The translations under genes and the position numbers were made by a program. Below, one piece after another: positions 16,820 through 26,839 of a DNA stretch of 64,000 nucleotides. Under the pieces are notes generated by a model. The model was not told the origin of the DNA. It did not search any database and saw only the letters and a list, made by a program, of their open reading frames with translations. The DNA is from an uncultured Fibrobacterota bacterium (GTDB lineage: Bacteria > Fibrobacterota > Chitinivibrionia > Chitinivibrionales > FEN-1185). Where the stretch lies: positions 32,001-96,000 of the forward strand of contig CAVSQB010000009.1 of the NCBI GenBank assembly GCA_963729895.1. Direction: 5' to 3'. The stretch's first letter is position 1; each line of letters starts with the position of its first letter.

Positions 16820-19800
16820 TCATATCGTTGCGAGCATGCTCAATATCTGCTCGTTCCTGAACCCGTTCAGGTCTATGGCACCCGCTCTGCACGATGCCGC
16901 GCATGCGCCGCACCCTTTGCATAGCGCCTCGTTGACAACTGCAATGCCCTTCACCGGATCGAGCTCTACGGCGCCGTAGGCGCATACGGCCACACAGGTT
17001 CCGCACCCGCTGCACATGTCCGCCCGGATGGTTGAGATCTTTCCCTCGGACTCAATTGACTTCTTAGAAAGCACGGTGGCCGCCCTCCCTGCCGCCGCGC
17101 GCGCCTGCGCAATGGTCTCCCCGATGTCCTTGGGATAATGGGCCAGGCCGCACACAAACACGCCGTCGGTGGCGAAATCGACCGGCCGCAGCTTGACATG
17201 CGCTTCGAGAAAGAAGCCGTCGGATTCAAGCGGCACCTTAAAGAACTGGGACAGCGCCTTGTTGTCGGGATTTGCAACGATGCCCGCGCTGAGCACCAGG
17301 AGGTCGGGCTTTATCTTTACGGTCCTTCCAAGGATCGTATCGTTGACCGACACAACAAGATCGTTCCCGAGTTTCTTAACCTCAGGTTTTTTGGCTGCAT
17401 CAAACCGGATGAATAGCACGCCCTTCTCGCGCGCGAGCCGGTAATATTTCTCCCGCAAACCATAGCTTCGGATATCCCTGAACAGAAGGTAAACCGCAGT
17501 TGCGGGACTCCGCTCTTTGATCGCTATGGCGTTCTTGAGCGCGTTGGAACAGCATACGCGGCTGCAGTAGTCGCGCGTTTCATCGCGGGAGCCGACGCAT
17601 TGAATCATCACAACTGATTTCAGATTGCCGATTGCGGATTGCGAATTGTCGGCCGCGGTCTGTTCATGGTCCGATCCCGGGTATAGCATCGCTTCGAACC
17701 GGCGCTGGGTAATGATCCGTTCATCCTTGCCGTAAAGGTAGTCTGCCGGCTGAAGCTCATCGGCCCCGCTGGCGACAATCACGACTCCGTGATCGATTGG
17801 CGCACCGTTGCCTTCGAGCTCGGTGTGGAAATTACCGACATAGCCGGATACTTTCTTGATCTTCGAATTCAAGTGCGTCTTGATCTTCGGGTGATGCGTC
17901 ACGTTCTCAATCATATGGCTCAACTCGGGTCTCGTCGCTTTTCCGGAAAGCGTTGAGCGCACGTGCAGCAGGTTGCCGCCGAGCTCGCCTGTTTTCTCCA
18001 GCAGGGTGACGTTGAAATCCTGATTTGCGAGGTCGAGGGCGGCCGTCATGCCCGCAAGGCCGCCGCCGATGACCAGCGCGCCTTTGGTCACTCCCATGCT
18101 CTTTTTATACAGCGGCGCGGCAAGCTTCACTTTCGCAACGGAGGCGCGAACCAGATCGCAGGCCTTGCGCGTCGCGTTTGCGGACTCTTTCTGGTGCACC
18201 CATGCACAGTGTTCGCGGATATTGGCGAAATCAAAAAGATACGGATTAACACCGGCCTCTTCGAGCGTCTTTTGGAACAGCGGCTCATGGGTGCGCGGGG
18301 TGCACGCAGCCACCACAAGCCTGTTGAGCCTGTGCTGCTCCACTGCGGCCTTGATTGCCTTTTGTGAATCCTGCGCGCAGGAAAACATGAGCTCACCGGC
18401 GAATTTCACGCCGGGCAGGCTTTGAGCGTAGTGCACCACGGCCGGGACATCCACAACGGAGGCTATGTTGATGCCGCAACGGCACACGTACACGCCTATC
18501 CTCGGCGGCTCACCGCGCAAATCCTTCTGTCGGGGGAGATCTACCTTTATCTCCTTGACCGGCACATTGCCAAGCGTTGATGCCGCAGCCGACGCAGCGC
18601 CGCTCGCCTCGATTACCGATTCGGGAATGTCCTTGGGCCCGCTCACGCTGCCGCACACAAAGATGCCTGCACGGTTTGTGGAAACGGGTTCCATTGTGTC
18701 AACGCTCACGAAACCGGCCGCATCGATCCGGACGTTCAGGCTGCCGGCGGCGGCCATGGACGACACGGACGGTTGAATGCCGACCGACAGCACGAGCATG
18801 TCGAATTTCCGGGTGGAGACTTTTCCGTCCTGCGTGATGTAATGAATGGTGAGGTCGTTGGTGACAGGGTCGCTTTCCACGGACGCAATGCGACCGTTGA
18901 TCAGCGTGGTGTCGTGCCGGTCCCGAGCCTTGTCGATAAACCGGTCGAAACCCTTGCCGTATGCGCGTATGTCCATGTAGAAAATGGTCGTCTTCGCTTT
19001 TGGCAGGTGCTCCTGGGTGATGATCGCGTCCTTTGCAGCCTGCATGCAGCAAATTGCCGAGCAATGTTCGTTTCCGGCCGAGATGTCCCTTGAGCCAACG
19101 CACTGGAGTATGGCTATCCTTGCCGGCTCTTTCTTGTCCGACGGCCGCAGGATATGTCCGCCCGTTGGGCCGGACGCGCTCAGAAGCCGTTCGTATTCGA
19201 TGCTGGTGACCACGTTGGGAAACACGCCGTATCCGTATTCGCCCTTGAGCTTCGCGTCGAACTCGGTGGTTCCGCAGGCAAGGATCACCGATCCCACATC
19301 GACGGCCATCGCTTCTTCTTTTTGTGTAAAGTCAATGGCATTGGTGCCGCACGACTTCTGGCACAGGCGGCATGTGCCCTTCGTGAGATACAGGCATTTT
19401 GCGGCATCAATAACCGCAACCGCGGGAACAGCTTGCGGAAAAGGAATTCTTATGGCCTTGGTCTGGGACAGGCCTTTGTTATAGGGATCGGGAACCTTGA
19501 CGGGGCACTTGGTAACGCAGATACCGCATCCGGTGCATTTACTTTCGTCAACATAGCGTGGCCGCCTGCGAACTTTCACGGTGAACCTGGGCGGCTCGCC
19601 CTCGATCCCGGTGACTTCGCTGTTGGTCATGATGTGCAGGTAGGGATGACCGCCTGCCTGGACGAGTTTGGGCGAAAGGATGCACATGGCGCAGTCGTTG
19701 GTGGGAAACGTCTTGTCGAGTTGCGACATGCGCCCGCCGATGGATGGCCCGGTTTCCACCAGAAACGTTTCAATGCCCATGTCGGCAAGATCCAATGATG

Positions 19801-19849
19801 CCTGGATCCCCGCTACGCCGCCGCCGACCACCATCGCCTTTTTATGCAT
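16820..19849 (-). CDS. hdrA: Tandem (two FAD domain) HdrA-family flavoprotein
   Basis: GGGVAG and GGGLAG FAD motifs, LDKTFPTNDC, two QCVGSRD...CS..CC motifs, ACTPRTHE, FLEAHVKLRPVDF, ferredoxin motifs. Confidence 0.93.
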   Translation of the reverse strand: MHKKAMVVGGGVAGIQASLDLADMGIETFLVETGPSIGGRMSQLDKTFPTNDCAMCILSPKLVQAGGHPYLHIMTNSEVTGIEGEPPRFTVKVRRRPRYVDESKCTGCGICVTKCPVKVPDPYNKGLSQTKAIRIPFPQAVPAVAVIDAAKCLYLTKGTCRLCQKSCGTNAIDFTQKEEAMAVDVGSVILACGTTEFDAKLKGEYGYGVFPNVVTSIEYERLLSASGPTGGHILRPSDKKEPARIAILQCVGSRDISAGNEHCSAICCMQAAKDAIITQEHLPKAKTTIFYMDIRAYGKGFDRFIDKARDRHDTTLINGRIASVESDPVTNDLTIHYITQDGKVSTRKFDMLVLSVGIQPSVSSMAAAGSLNVRIDAAGFVSVDTMEPVSTNRAGIFVCGSVSGPKDIPESVIEASGAASAAASTLGNVPVKEIKVDLPRQKDLRGEPPRIGVYVCRCGINIASVVDVPAVVHYAQSLPGVKFAGELMFSCAQDSQKAIKAAVEQHRLNRLVVAACTPRTHEPLFQKTLEEAGVNPYLFDFANIREHCAWVHQKESANATRKACDLVRASVAKVKLAAPLYKKSMGVTKGALVIGGGLAGMTAALDLANQDFNVTLLEKTGELGGNLLHVRSTLSGKATRPELSHMIENVTHHPKIKTHLNSKIKKVSGYVGNFHTELEGNGAPIDHGVVIVASGADELQPADYLYGKDERIITQRRFEAMLYPGSDHEQTAADNSQSAIGNLKSVVMIQCVGSRDETRDYCSRVCCSNALKNAIAIKERSPATAVYLLFRDIRSYGLREKYYRLAREKGVLFIRFDAAKKPEVKKLGNDLVVSVNDTILGRTVKIKPDLLVLSAGIVANPDNKALSQFFKVPLESDGFFLEAHVKLRPVDFATDGVFVCGLAHYPKDIGETIAQARAAAGRAATVLSKKSIESEGKISTIRADMCSGCGTCVAVCAYGAVELDPVKGIAVVNEALCKGCGACAASCRAGAIDLNGFRNEQILSMLATI
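17614..17648 (-). repeat. Five heptamer repeats (CAATCCG-like) embedded in frame in hdrA
   Basis: Minus strand caattcg caatccg caatcgg caatctg aaatcag, translating NSQSAIGNLKS. Confidence 0.7.
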
Positions 19850-19852
19850 GGG

Positions 19853-20320
19853 TTATTTTCCGACCTTCGCCTTGGTTTTCTTCGCAACAGGTTTTTTTCC
19901 CGCAACCGCACCCTTCACCAGTTCACGCCTCAGCGTCTGCGCCTTCTTGTCGAACTCACCCTCTTTCGCAAGCATCTCCGCCGGAGCAAACCCGTCCCGT
20001 ACGGCCATGTGCCGGAGCGCGCGCATGACATCGGTAAAATTCACCTGCTGGGGACACCGGGCATAGCACCGGTAGCACATCATGCACAGCCAGATCGCGG
20101 GCGACGCCAGAACTTCCTGACGCATGCCGTAGAGCACCTTGCGGATGATGGTCCTGCAGTTGTACTCCTCGTCGATGTTCGTGACGGGACACCCGGCCGC
20201 GCAGGTGCCGCAGGCGAAACATTTCGTGATGTTCGCCCCGCCGGGCATGAGCGCCACTTCGTCCCGGAAGGTAGGATCGAGTTCTTCTACGACTATGACC
20301 TCTGAGTTACTTTTTGTCAT
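19853..20320 (-). CDS. hdrC: HdrC-like 2x4Fe-4S subunit
   Basis: CFACGTCAAGCP and IWLCMMCYRCYARCPQ; GAGG RBS before ATG 20320. Confidence 0.9.
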   Translation of the reverse strand: MTKSNSEVIVVEELDPTFRDEVALMPGGANITKCFACGTCAAGCPVTNIDEEYNCRTIIRKVLYGMRQEVLASPAIWLCMMCYRCYARCPQQVNFTDVMRALRHMAVRDGFAPAEMLAKEGEFDKKAQTLRRELVKGAVAGKKPVAKKTKAKVGK

Positions 20321-20359
20321 GATCAATCCACCTCTTGTATTTCTCAGAATTCCGCTTTT

Positions 20360-20431
20360 CAATCTTCAATCGACAATTCTTCCAGGGATTTTCACTCAAT
20401 CCGCAATCTACAATCTAAAATCTGCAATTCT
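20360..20431 (+). repeat. Intergenic heptamer tandem repeats (3 + 5 units)
   Basis: caatctt caatcga caattct ... caatccg caatcta caatcta aaatctg caattct. Confidence 0.75.
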
Positions 20432-20432
20432 T

Positions 20433-21125
20433 CTACGCCTTCGGCCCCATCCCTGCAATGCACTGATCTTCGCGCACCACTTTCCGTGCACCGCCGTCAT
20501 TTGACGTGGACCAGTCCTGCGGAACTGCGAGCGACTCAAGCATCGAAACTTTGTTCAGCGCCTTTGCCCGATCGTAGATGAGCTGCCACGCGCAATCCGT
20601 TTGGTCGCTCACTTCGCATTTACCGTTTCTGGAACTGCCGCACGGGCCGTTCAACTGCCGTTTGGAGCAACGGGTGATGGGACAAATTCCAAAGTACTGG
20701 CCCAGCCGGCAATTGCCGCAGCCCGCGCACTTCTCGGCCCACACTCCTTGCGATTCAAGAATTCCCATGAACTGCGTGTTGAGGCCGGGATACACTGCGG
20801 TTTTGGGAAACCGTTCGGCAAGCGCCTGGACCCCTGCACCGCAGCCGAGCGACAGGACCGCGTCGTAGTCGCCGACCCGCTGGCTCAACACGTCGATGAA
20901 CGCGTCTTCGCACTGGCGTTCGATGGTACACTCATGCACCACCACGCTTTCGCGTCCGGCAAGCTTGAGCGACATACGCAGCGCGGAACCTATGATGCCG
21001 GTCTCGCGCTCGCCTCCGGCAAGACATACGGTGACGCAGGTGCCGCAGCCCACAACGAGCACGCGCTTGTAGTCCTTTACCATGTCGCGAATTTCCGGAA
21101 TCTTCTTACGGTCGGCAACGATCAT
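20433..21125 (-). CDS. metV: MetV (methylene-THF reductase small Fe-S/Zn subunit)
   Basis: VGCGTCVTVC, RQCE, LGCGAGVQ, CAGCGNC...ICPITRCSK..LNGPCG...CEV...CAW. Confidence 0.9.
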   Translation of the reverse strand: MIVADRKKIPEIRDMVKDYKRVLVVGCGTCVTVCLAGGERETGIIGSALRMSLKLAGRESVVVHECTIERQCEDAFIDVLSQRVGDYDAVLSLGCGAGVQALAERFPKTAVYPGLNTQFMGILESQGVWAEKCAGCGNCRLGQYFGICPITRCSKRQLNGPCGSSRNGKCEVSDQTDCAWQLIYDRAKALNKVSMLESLAVPQDWSTSNDGGARKVVREDQCIAGMGPKA

Positions 21126-21604
21126 CTGTTTCCTCCTTGAACGGCCTGTTCGGCCTGGGCCGCCATCTCGGCGATACCGCTTTCCAAATGCGTTTCACTC
21201 CTGTGCAGTGGACTTACGCCGAGCGGCGCAATGCGCGCATTCATTTCCTTTACGATCTCCGCAAACCGCGGACCTTCGGCGGACGAGAGGTTAAACATCT
21301 CCAGGCGCTCGGGCTCGATTCCGATTTCAGCAAGGATCTGCTTTACACGCTGGACCCGTTTCCTGGCCCGCAAATTTCCTTCGAGGAAATGGCACCCGCC
21401 CTCAAGGCAGCCCGCCACCAAGACTCCGTCCACGCCTTTTTCAAACGCGGCAAGAAGGTAATTCTCCTCGATCTTCCCGGTGCACGGGAACCGCAGCACG
21501 CGCACGTTTGAAGGATACTGCAGGCGCATGGATCCCGCCATGTCGGCCGCGGCATACGCGCAGTAGTGGCAGCAGAAGGCCAGGATCACGGGTTGTCGGG
21601 TCAT
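21122..21604 (-). CDS. mvhD: MvhD-like 2Fe-2S subunit
   Basis: FCCHYCAYAAAD, FPCTGK, GCLEGGCHF, NLSSAEG. Confidence 0.9.
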   Translation of the reverse strand: MTRQPVILAFCCHYCAYAAADMAGSMRLQYPSNVRVLRFPCTGKIEENYLLAAFEKGVDGVLVAGCLEGGCHFLEGNLRARKRVQRVKQILAEIGIEPERLEMFNLSSAEGPRFAEIVKEMNARIAPLGVSPLHRSETHLESGIAEMAAQAEQAVQGGNR

Positions 21605-21634
21605 TTTCGTATTTGTCCTGTCAAAAGAAAACTC

Positions 21635-21761
21635 TCACCGCAAAGACGCAAAGGTCGCAAAGAAAAATCGAATAGTTAAGAGCAACATTGCTTTCGTTGC
21701 AAATTTCTGTCACAATTTTGGTAACTTTTTTGACTTCGCGTTCTTTGCGCCTTTGCGGTGA
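21635..21761. repeat. Palindromic intergenic repeat (28-bp arms, AT-rich spacer)
   Basis: TCACCGCAAAGACGCAAAGGTCGCAAAG ... CTTCGCGTTCTTTGCGCCTTTGCGGTGA. Confidence 0.8.
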
Positions 21762-21774
21762 ATCTTATGTCTTT

Positions 21775-24700
21775 CTATTTCTTCCATCTGGGCTGTGCCA
21801 CGCCAACCTGTTCCAGATACATAGTCTCCGCGGGCTTCTCTTCAAACGACCCGGCAAGCAGGCTGTTTATAGCGCCGAGTATCTGCACATCGAGATAATG
21901 GTGCAGCGTGATCGCCTTTGCGGGACACGACGATGTGCAGCTTCCGCAGCCCATGCACACCGCGCCCTGAACTTCCGCCTTGTTGTCCTTGCCGATCTGC
22001 GGCGCCAGGTACGGACACACATGCACGCAGGTCATGCACGCGATGCACTTGGCCGGGTCCACCCAGGCGGTCTGCGCGCCCACGGGCATTACTTTACGCG
22101 AGAGAATCGACGCGGATCTCGCCGCAACCGCGTTTGCCTGCGCTATGGTCTCACTGATGAATTTGGGCGCATGCGCCGTGCCGCACAGGAAGAGTCCTTC
22201 GCTGGCGAAATCCACCGGCCGCAGCTTGACATGCGCTTCCAGGAAAAATCCGTCGGCGTTGAGCGGAACGCGCAGCAGATCCGACAGTTCCTGACGGTCG
22301 TCGCGCGCAACGATAGGCGCGGCAAGCACGAGAAGATCGGGCGTCATGATGAGTTCGCGTCCGAGAATCTTGTCCGTGACGCGCACCGTGAGCCCGGCAT
22401 CCGTGCTCACGTCCGGAAGGCGCTTGTCGTCGTACCGGATGAACATGATCCCTTTTTCGCGCGCCTCGCGGTACGCAGCTTCCCGGAACCCGTAAGTGCG
22501 CATTTCGCGATACAGCACGAGGATTTTCGCCTTGAGATAGCGCTTGCGCAGAAGGAGCGCGTTTTTGACCGCCGTCGTGCAGCATACCCTGCTGCAGTAC
22601 GGGCGCTCGTCGTTTCGCTGCTCAACGCACTGTATCATCACAATCGTGGACTTGTCCGGCAAAGCAAGCTCATTTCTCGCGATGCGGCCGGACAGTTCGA
22701 GCTGCGTAATGACCTTGTCGATTTTCCCGTAACCGAACGATTTCGGTTTGAGTTCTCGTGCGCCGCTCGCAAGGATCACAACCCCGTGTTCCACCTTGAG
22801 CGTCGCTTCCGGCGTAACAATGTCCGAGGTGAAATCACCCACGTGGCCGTCGACTTTCTTAACCGTGGAATGCAGATACACTTTGATACGCGGATGGGAT
22901 GCCACCCGTTCGATCAGGCTCGACACAAACGCCGACACGTCGCTCTTGTCAAGAGTCTCGTGAATGTCCCGCGCCATGCCGCCCAGGATATTTTCCTTTT
23001 CCACAAGGTGCACCTGGTATCCCTGGTCTGCAATGGAAAGCCCTGCGGTCATGCCGCCGACGCCTCCGCCGATAATGAGCGCGGCGTTCTTTACGGGCAC
23101 CGTTGATTCCACCAGCGGAAGAAGTCCCACGGTGCGGCCCACGGTCATGCGAACCAAATCTTTGGCCTTCTCGGTTGCCTTTTCAGGTTCGGCGGAATGC
23201 ACCCACGAGCATTGGTCGCGGATGTTCGCCATTTCAAGCAGGTACGGATTGAGCCCGGCATCGCGGAGCGTATCGCGGAAGATGGCCTCATGCGTGCGCG
23301 GCGTGCACGATGCCACGATCACGCGGTTGAGACGATGCTTGATGATTTTGTCCTTGATCTGGTTCTGGGTGTCGTCTGCGCATGTGTAAACGTTGCGTTC
23401 CGCAAGCACGACATACGGCAGTTTTCTGGTACGCTGCACCACCGCTTCCACGTCCACCACCGAGGCGATGTTGCTGCCGCAATGGCAGATAAACACGCCC
23501 ACGCGCGGCGGTTCGTCGGTAACGTCGCGCTCCGGCGGATAGATTTTCGTCTTTACACGCGTTCCGCGGGCCGGTGCAAGCAGCGCCATGGCCTTGGCGG
23601 CAACGGCCGATGCCTGCATCACGGTATCGGGAATGTCCTTGGGCTCGCTCAGCGCGCCGCCGACAAACACCCCGGGCCGCGATGTTTCCAAAGGAGAAAG
23701 CTCGCCGGTCCCTACAAATCCCCACCGGTTCACCATCACGTTGAACCGTTCGATCTGTTCCTTGAGGCTTGCGCTGGGTTCAAGACCAAGCGACAGCACG
23801 ACCAGATCGTGTTCCGCCGTGATGCAGCGGTTGTCCTCGCCCATATATGTTATCTTTAGATTTTTGGTGTCGTTGACCTGTTCAACAGACGAGGGACGGC
23901 ACCGGACGTACGAAACGCCCATTTCTTTTGCGCGGTTGTAATACCGGTCGAAATCCTTGCCGTAGGCACGTATATCCATATAATAAACGGTGACCGCGGT
24001 GTCGGGCTCGTGCTGTTTTGCGAGAATGGCTTCCTTGGTCGCGGCCATGCAGCACACCGATGAGCAGTAATCGTTGCACATTTTGGAATCGCGCGATCCC
24101 ACGCACTGAATAAACGCGAGGCTCTTGGGGGTAGTGTTATCGGAAGGCCGGCGCACGTGGCCCTGTGTTGGACCGGCGGCCGAAAGCAACCGCTCAAACT
24201 GGGTATTGGCGATGACGTTGGCGTCGAAACCCGAACCGTATTCGATGCGCCGCATCGGGTCAAATGCGGAAAATCCGGGCGTGAGCAATACTGCGCCCAC
24301 GTCAAGCTCCCGGACCGTTTCTTCCTGCTCGTAGTCGATTGCGCCCGCGCCGCACACTTTTGCACACAGCCCGCACTCGCCCGTTGTGAGGTGCACGCAG
24401 GTTTTGCGGTCTATCGCGGGAACGCGGGGCACTGCCTGCGGATGCGCCATGTCGATATTCGGACGCGCTTCGAGATATTGATTATACGCCGTGTAATGTT
24501 TTTTTGCGGCAATCGTCGCAACGTGCGTATGGTCCGACGCCCCCGTGGGGCACACAAAATCGCATGCTCCGCACACCTGGCACTGCTCGCTTTTTTCATC
24601 GTACGCTGGCAGCACTTCCCGTTTTGCCCCGCGGCCGAACATGCTGATTGCACCCCTGCCCATGAGATCACCGCACACCTTGACGCACAAACCGCACAGG

Positions 24701-25095
24701 ATGCATTCGCCATCGGGCTTTTTCTCAAACGGCGTGGATGTCACGCCGAGAGATGCGGCGAATTCCGCGAGTTTCTTCGATTTCGGCGCTTCGGCAAGAA
24801 GCAGCTCAAGAATGATCTTCCGGTTCTCCCTGACACCGGCCGTGTCGGTTCTTACCGTCATGCCGTTTTCCACGGGGTAGTTGCATGACGAAACCTGTTT
24901 GGGCCCGCGGGGAGTTTCCAGTTCCACAATGCAAACCCGGCACGCGCCGATTGGTTCCATGCCCCGGTAATTGCAAAGCGTTGGTATGGAAATTCCCATC
25001 TGCCGCGCCGTATCCAGGATGGTTGTGCCAGGGGATACCTCGGATGTGCGTCCGTCAATGGTGATGCCGATCTTGTCTGGAGCTGATGTTTCCAT
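21775..25095 (-). CDS. Fusion: NuoG/HydA N-terminal Fe-S module + C-terminal bulk of a tandem HdrA
   Basis: IPTLC...GACRVC 2Fe-2S, CILCGLC and CQVCGAC, then HdrA sequence from YNQYL..PQAVP onward; the first FAD GxGxxG motif is missing and is found in 26836-27744. Confidence 0.9.
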   Translation of the reverse strand: METSAPDKIGITIDGRTSEVSPGTTILDTARQMGISIPTLCNYRGMEPIGACRVCIVELETPRGPKQVSSCNYPVENGMTVRTDTAGVRENRKIILELLLAEAPKSKKLAEFAASLGVTSTPFEKKPDGECILCGLCVKVCGDLMGRGAISMFGRGAKREVLPAYDEKSEQCQVCGACDFVCPTGASDHTHVATIAAKKHYTAYNQYLEARPNIDMAHPQAVPRVPAIDRKTCVHLTTGECGLCAKVCGAGAIDYEQEETVRELDVGAVLLTPGFSAFDPMRRIEYGSGFDANVIANTQFERLLSAAGPTQGHVRRPSDNTTPKSLAFIQCVGSRDSKMCNDYCSSVCCMAATKEAILAKQHEPDTAVTVYYMDIRAYGKDFDRYYNRAKEMGVSYVRCRPSSVEQVNDTKNLKITYMGEDNRCITAEHDLVVLSLGLEPSASLKEQIERFNVMVNRWGFVGTGELSPLETSRPGVFVGGALSEPKDIPDTVMQASAVAAKAMALLAPARGTRVKTKIYPPERDVTDEPPRVGVFICHCGSNIASVVDVEAVVQRTRKLPYVVLAERNVYTCADDTQNQIKDKIIKHRLNRVIVASCTPRTHEAIFRDTLRDAGLNPYLLEMANIRDQCSWVHSAEPEKATEKAKDLVRMTVGRTVGLLPLVESTVPVKNAALIIGGGVGGMTAGLSIADQGYQVHLVEKENILGGMARDIHETLDKSDVSAFVSSLIERVASHPRIKVYLHSTVKKVDGHVGDFTSDIVTPEATLKVEHGVVILASGARELKPKSFGYGKIDKVITQLELSGRIARNELALPDKSTIVMIQCVEQRNDERPYCSRVCCTTAVKNALLLRKRYLKAKILVLYREMRTYGFREAAYREAREKGIMFIRYDDKRLPDVSTDAGLTVRVTDKILGRELIMTPDLLVLAAPIVARDDRQELSDLLRVPLNADGFFLEAHVKLRPVDFASEGLFLCGTAHAPKFISETIAQANAVAARSASILSRKVMPVGAQTAWVDPAKCIACMTCVHVCPYLAPQIGKDNKAEVQGAVCMGCGSCTSSCPAKAITLHHYLDVQILGAINSLLAGSFEEKPAETMYLEQVGVAQPRWKK

Positions 25096-25096
25096 G

Positions 25097-26839
25097 TTAT
25101 GCTTTTTTCATTTCGCACACGCCGGCCGGACATTTCCGTCCCGCGATGTGCATGTCGAGATCGTCCCGGAAATGGAGCAGCGCGTTTGTCACCGGACCGG
25201 ACGCGGTGGTGCCGAGCCCGCACACGCTTGCGGCGTTCATTGCCCTGCTGAGCCGCTCGAGCTGTTCGATGGTTTCGGCATTACCCTTTCCCTCGCAGAT
25301 CCTATTCAACATGCCGTACATCTGCCTGGTGCCTTCCCGGCACGGCGTACACCTGCCGCACGACTCGTCCACAAAGAACCCGAGCAAGAATCGCGTCATG
25401 TCAACCACGCAGGAATCGGAGTCCATCACGATGATGCCGCCGGTCCCCATATTGGCGGACTTTCCCGGCACGTCCTGCGAGTCTATTGCCAGGTCGAGCA
25501 TGGACGGCGGCACGCAGCCGATTGACGGCCCGCCCACCTGCACTGCCTTGCATGCCTTATCTCCGCGGATGCCGCCTCCCATTCCGTAAATCATGTCACG
25601 CAGGGTGATCCCGAACGGCACTTCCACCAGTCCGGAAGTTTTTACCGACCCTTCGAGGGAGAAAATCGTCGTGCCGGTCGTCGTCTTCGATCCGATGGAG
25701 GCGTACCACTGCGATCCCCTGGTAATAATCGGCGCAACGCTTGCCCAGGTCTTGACATTGTTCACAACCGTCGGCTTGCCCCAGAGACCCGCGGTCACGG
25801 GAAACGGCGGCCTGCCGCGCGGCTCGCCGGAATGGCCTTCAATGGATTCGATGAGCCCGGTCTCCTCGCCGCACACGTATGCGCCCGCGCCGCGGCGCAC
25901 GCTCAGGCGGAAACTCCAGCCTGAACCGAAAATATCGTCGCCGAGTATCCCATGCTTTTCCGCTTCCGCAATTGCGTGTTCAAGCGTGGTGATGGCGAGA
26001 GGGTATTCGCTGCGGACATAGACATATCCCTGCCTCGCGCCTATCGCGTAGGATCCGATGATCATGCCCTCGATAATCGCGTGCGGGTCGCCTTCGATCA
26101 CGCTGCGGTCCATGGAGGATCCGGGTGCGCCCTCGTCCGCATTGCACACGACATATTTCACATCGCCTTTCGCGTTCCGCGCGAACCGCCATTTCTGGCC
26201 GGTGGGGAAATACGCGCCGCCCCGCCCGCGCAGGCCCGAGGCCGTGATCTCGTCGAGCACGTTCTCAGGTTTCATCGACGAAAGCGCCTTCTGCGCTCCC
26301 CGGTATGCTCCGCGTGCGATGGATTCTTCTATAGACATCGGATCAATGGAACCGCAGTTCCGCATGATCACTTTTTTCTGGTGCCGGAAGAAATCGAGCT
26401 TTGACCATTCCGGAATTCCCTCTGCCGCCGGGCTCGAACCGTAACAATGGACGTCACCGGTGGACACATGCTCTTCAGAGGAGAACCTGCCGAGCGGCTT
26501 TTCGCCGCCGAAATTGCCTTTTGTGAAATATGCCGTGAGCACGGAACGGGTTTTCCGGGCCGTCATGCCGCCGAAGCTCACACGCGGGCCGCCCGGCATA
26601 ACGATGTCGAGCAGGGGCTCCTGGCTGCAGAAACCGATGCAGCCGGTGCGCGACACGGTGGCGTCGGCCTTACATTTCTTTACAGTTGCAAGCGCCGCCT
26701 CCTCCACTTTGCGCGCACCCATGGCAAGCCCGCAGGTGCCGGACCCGATGAGGATCTTCAGCTTCTTCGGATACAGCGAGGCGCTGCCGAGAGCCGCAAG
26801 CCTGTCGAGATCGACCATGGTTTTCACCGCAGTGCTCAT
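25097..26839 (-). CDS. NuoF/HydB-like NADH/FMN-binding subunit
   Basis: GLRGRGGAYFPTG, CNADEG, GAGAYVCGEET, ESCGRCTPCREG...CGLG, CPAGVC; N-terminal thioredoxin-like Cys domain. Confidence 0.92.
   Translation of the reverse strand: MSTAVKTMVDLDRLAALGSASLYPKKLKILIGSGTCGLAMGARKVEEAALATVKKCKADATVSRTGCIGFCSQEPLLDIVMPGGPRVSFGGMTARKTRSVLTAYFTKGNFGGEKPLGRFSSEEHVSTGDVHCYGSSPAAEGIPEWSKLDFFRHQKKVIMRNCGSIDPMSIEESIARGAYRGAQKALSSMKPENVLDEITASGLRGRGGAYFPTGQKWRFARNAKGDVKYVVCNADEGAPGSSMDRSVIEGDPHAIIEGMIIGSYAIGARQGYVYVRSEYPLAITTLEHAIAEAEKHGILGDDIFGSGWSFRLSVRRGAGAYVCGEETGLIESIEGHSGEPRGRPPFPVTAGLWGKPTVVNNVKTWASVAPIITRGSQWYASIGSKTTTGTTIFSLEGSVKTSGLVEVPFGITLRDMIYGMGGGIRGDKACKAVQVGGPSIGCVPPSMLDLAIDSQDVPGKSANMGTGGIIVMDSDSCVVDMTRFLLGFFVDESCGRCTPCREGTRQMYGMLNRICEGKGNAETIEQLERLSRAMNAASVCGLGTTASGPVTNALLHFRDDLDMHIAGRKCPAGVCEMKKA

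Noticed and set aside
16266..25095. Selenocysteine recoding in HdrA or MvhD
   Set aside because: All expected positions are Cys codons and the ORFs run without in-frame TGA.
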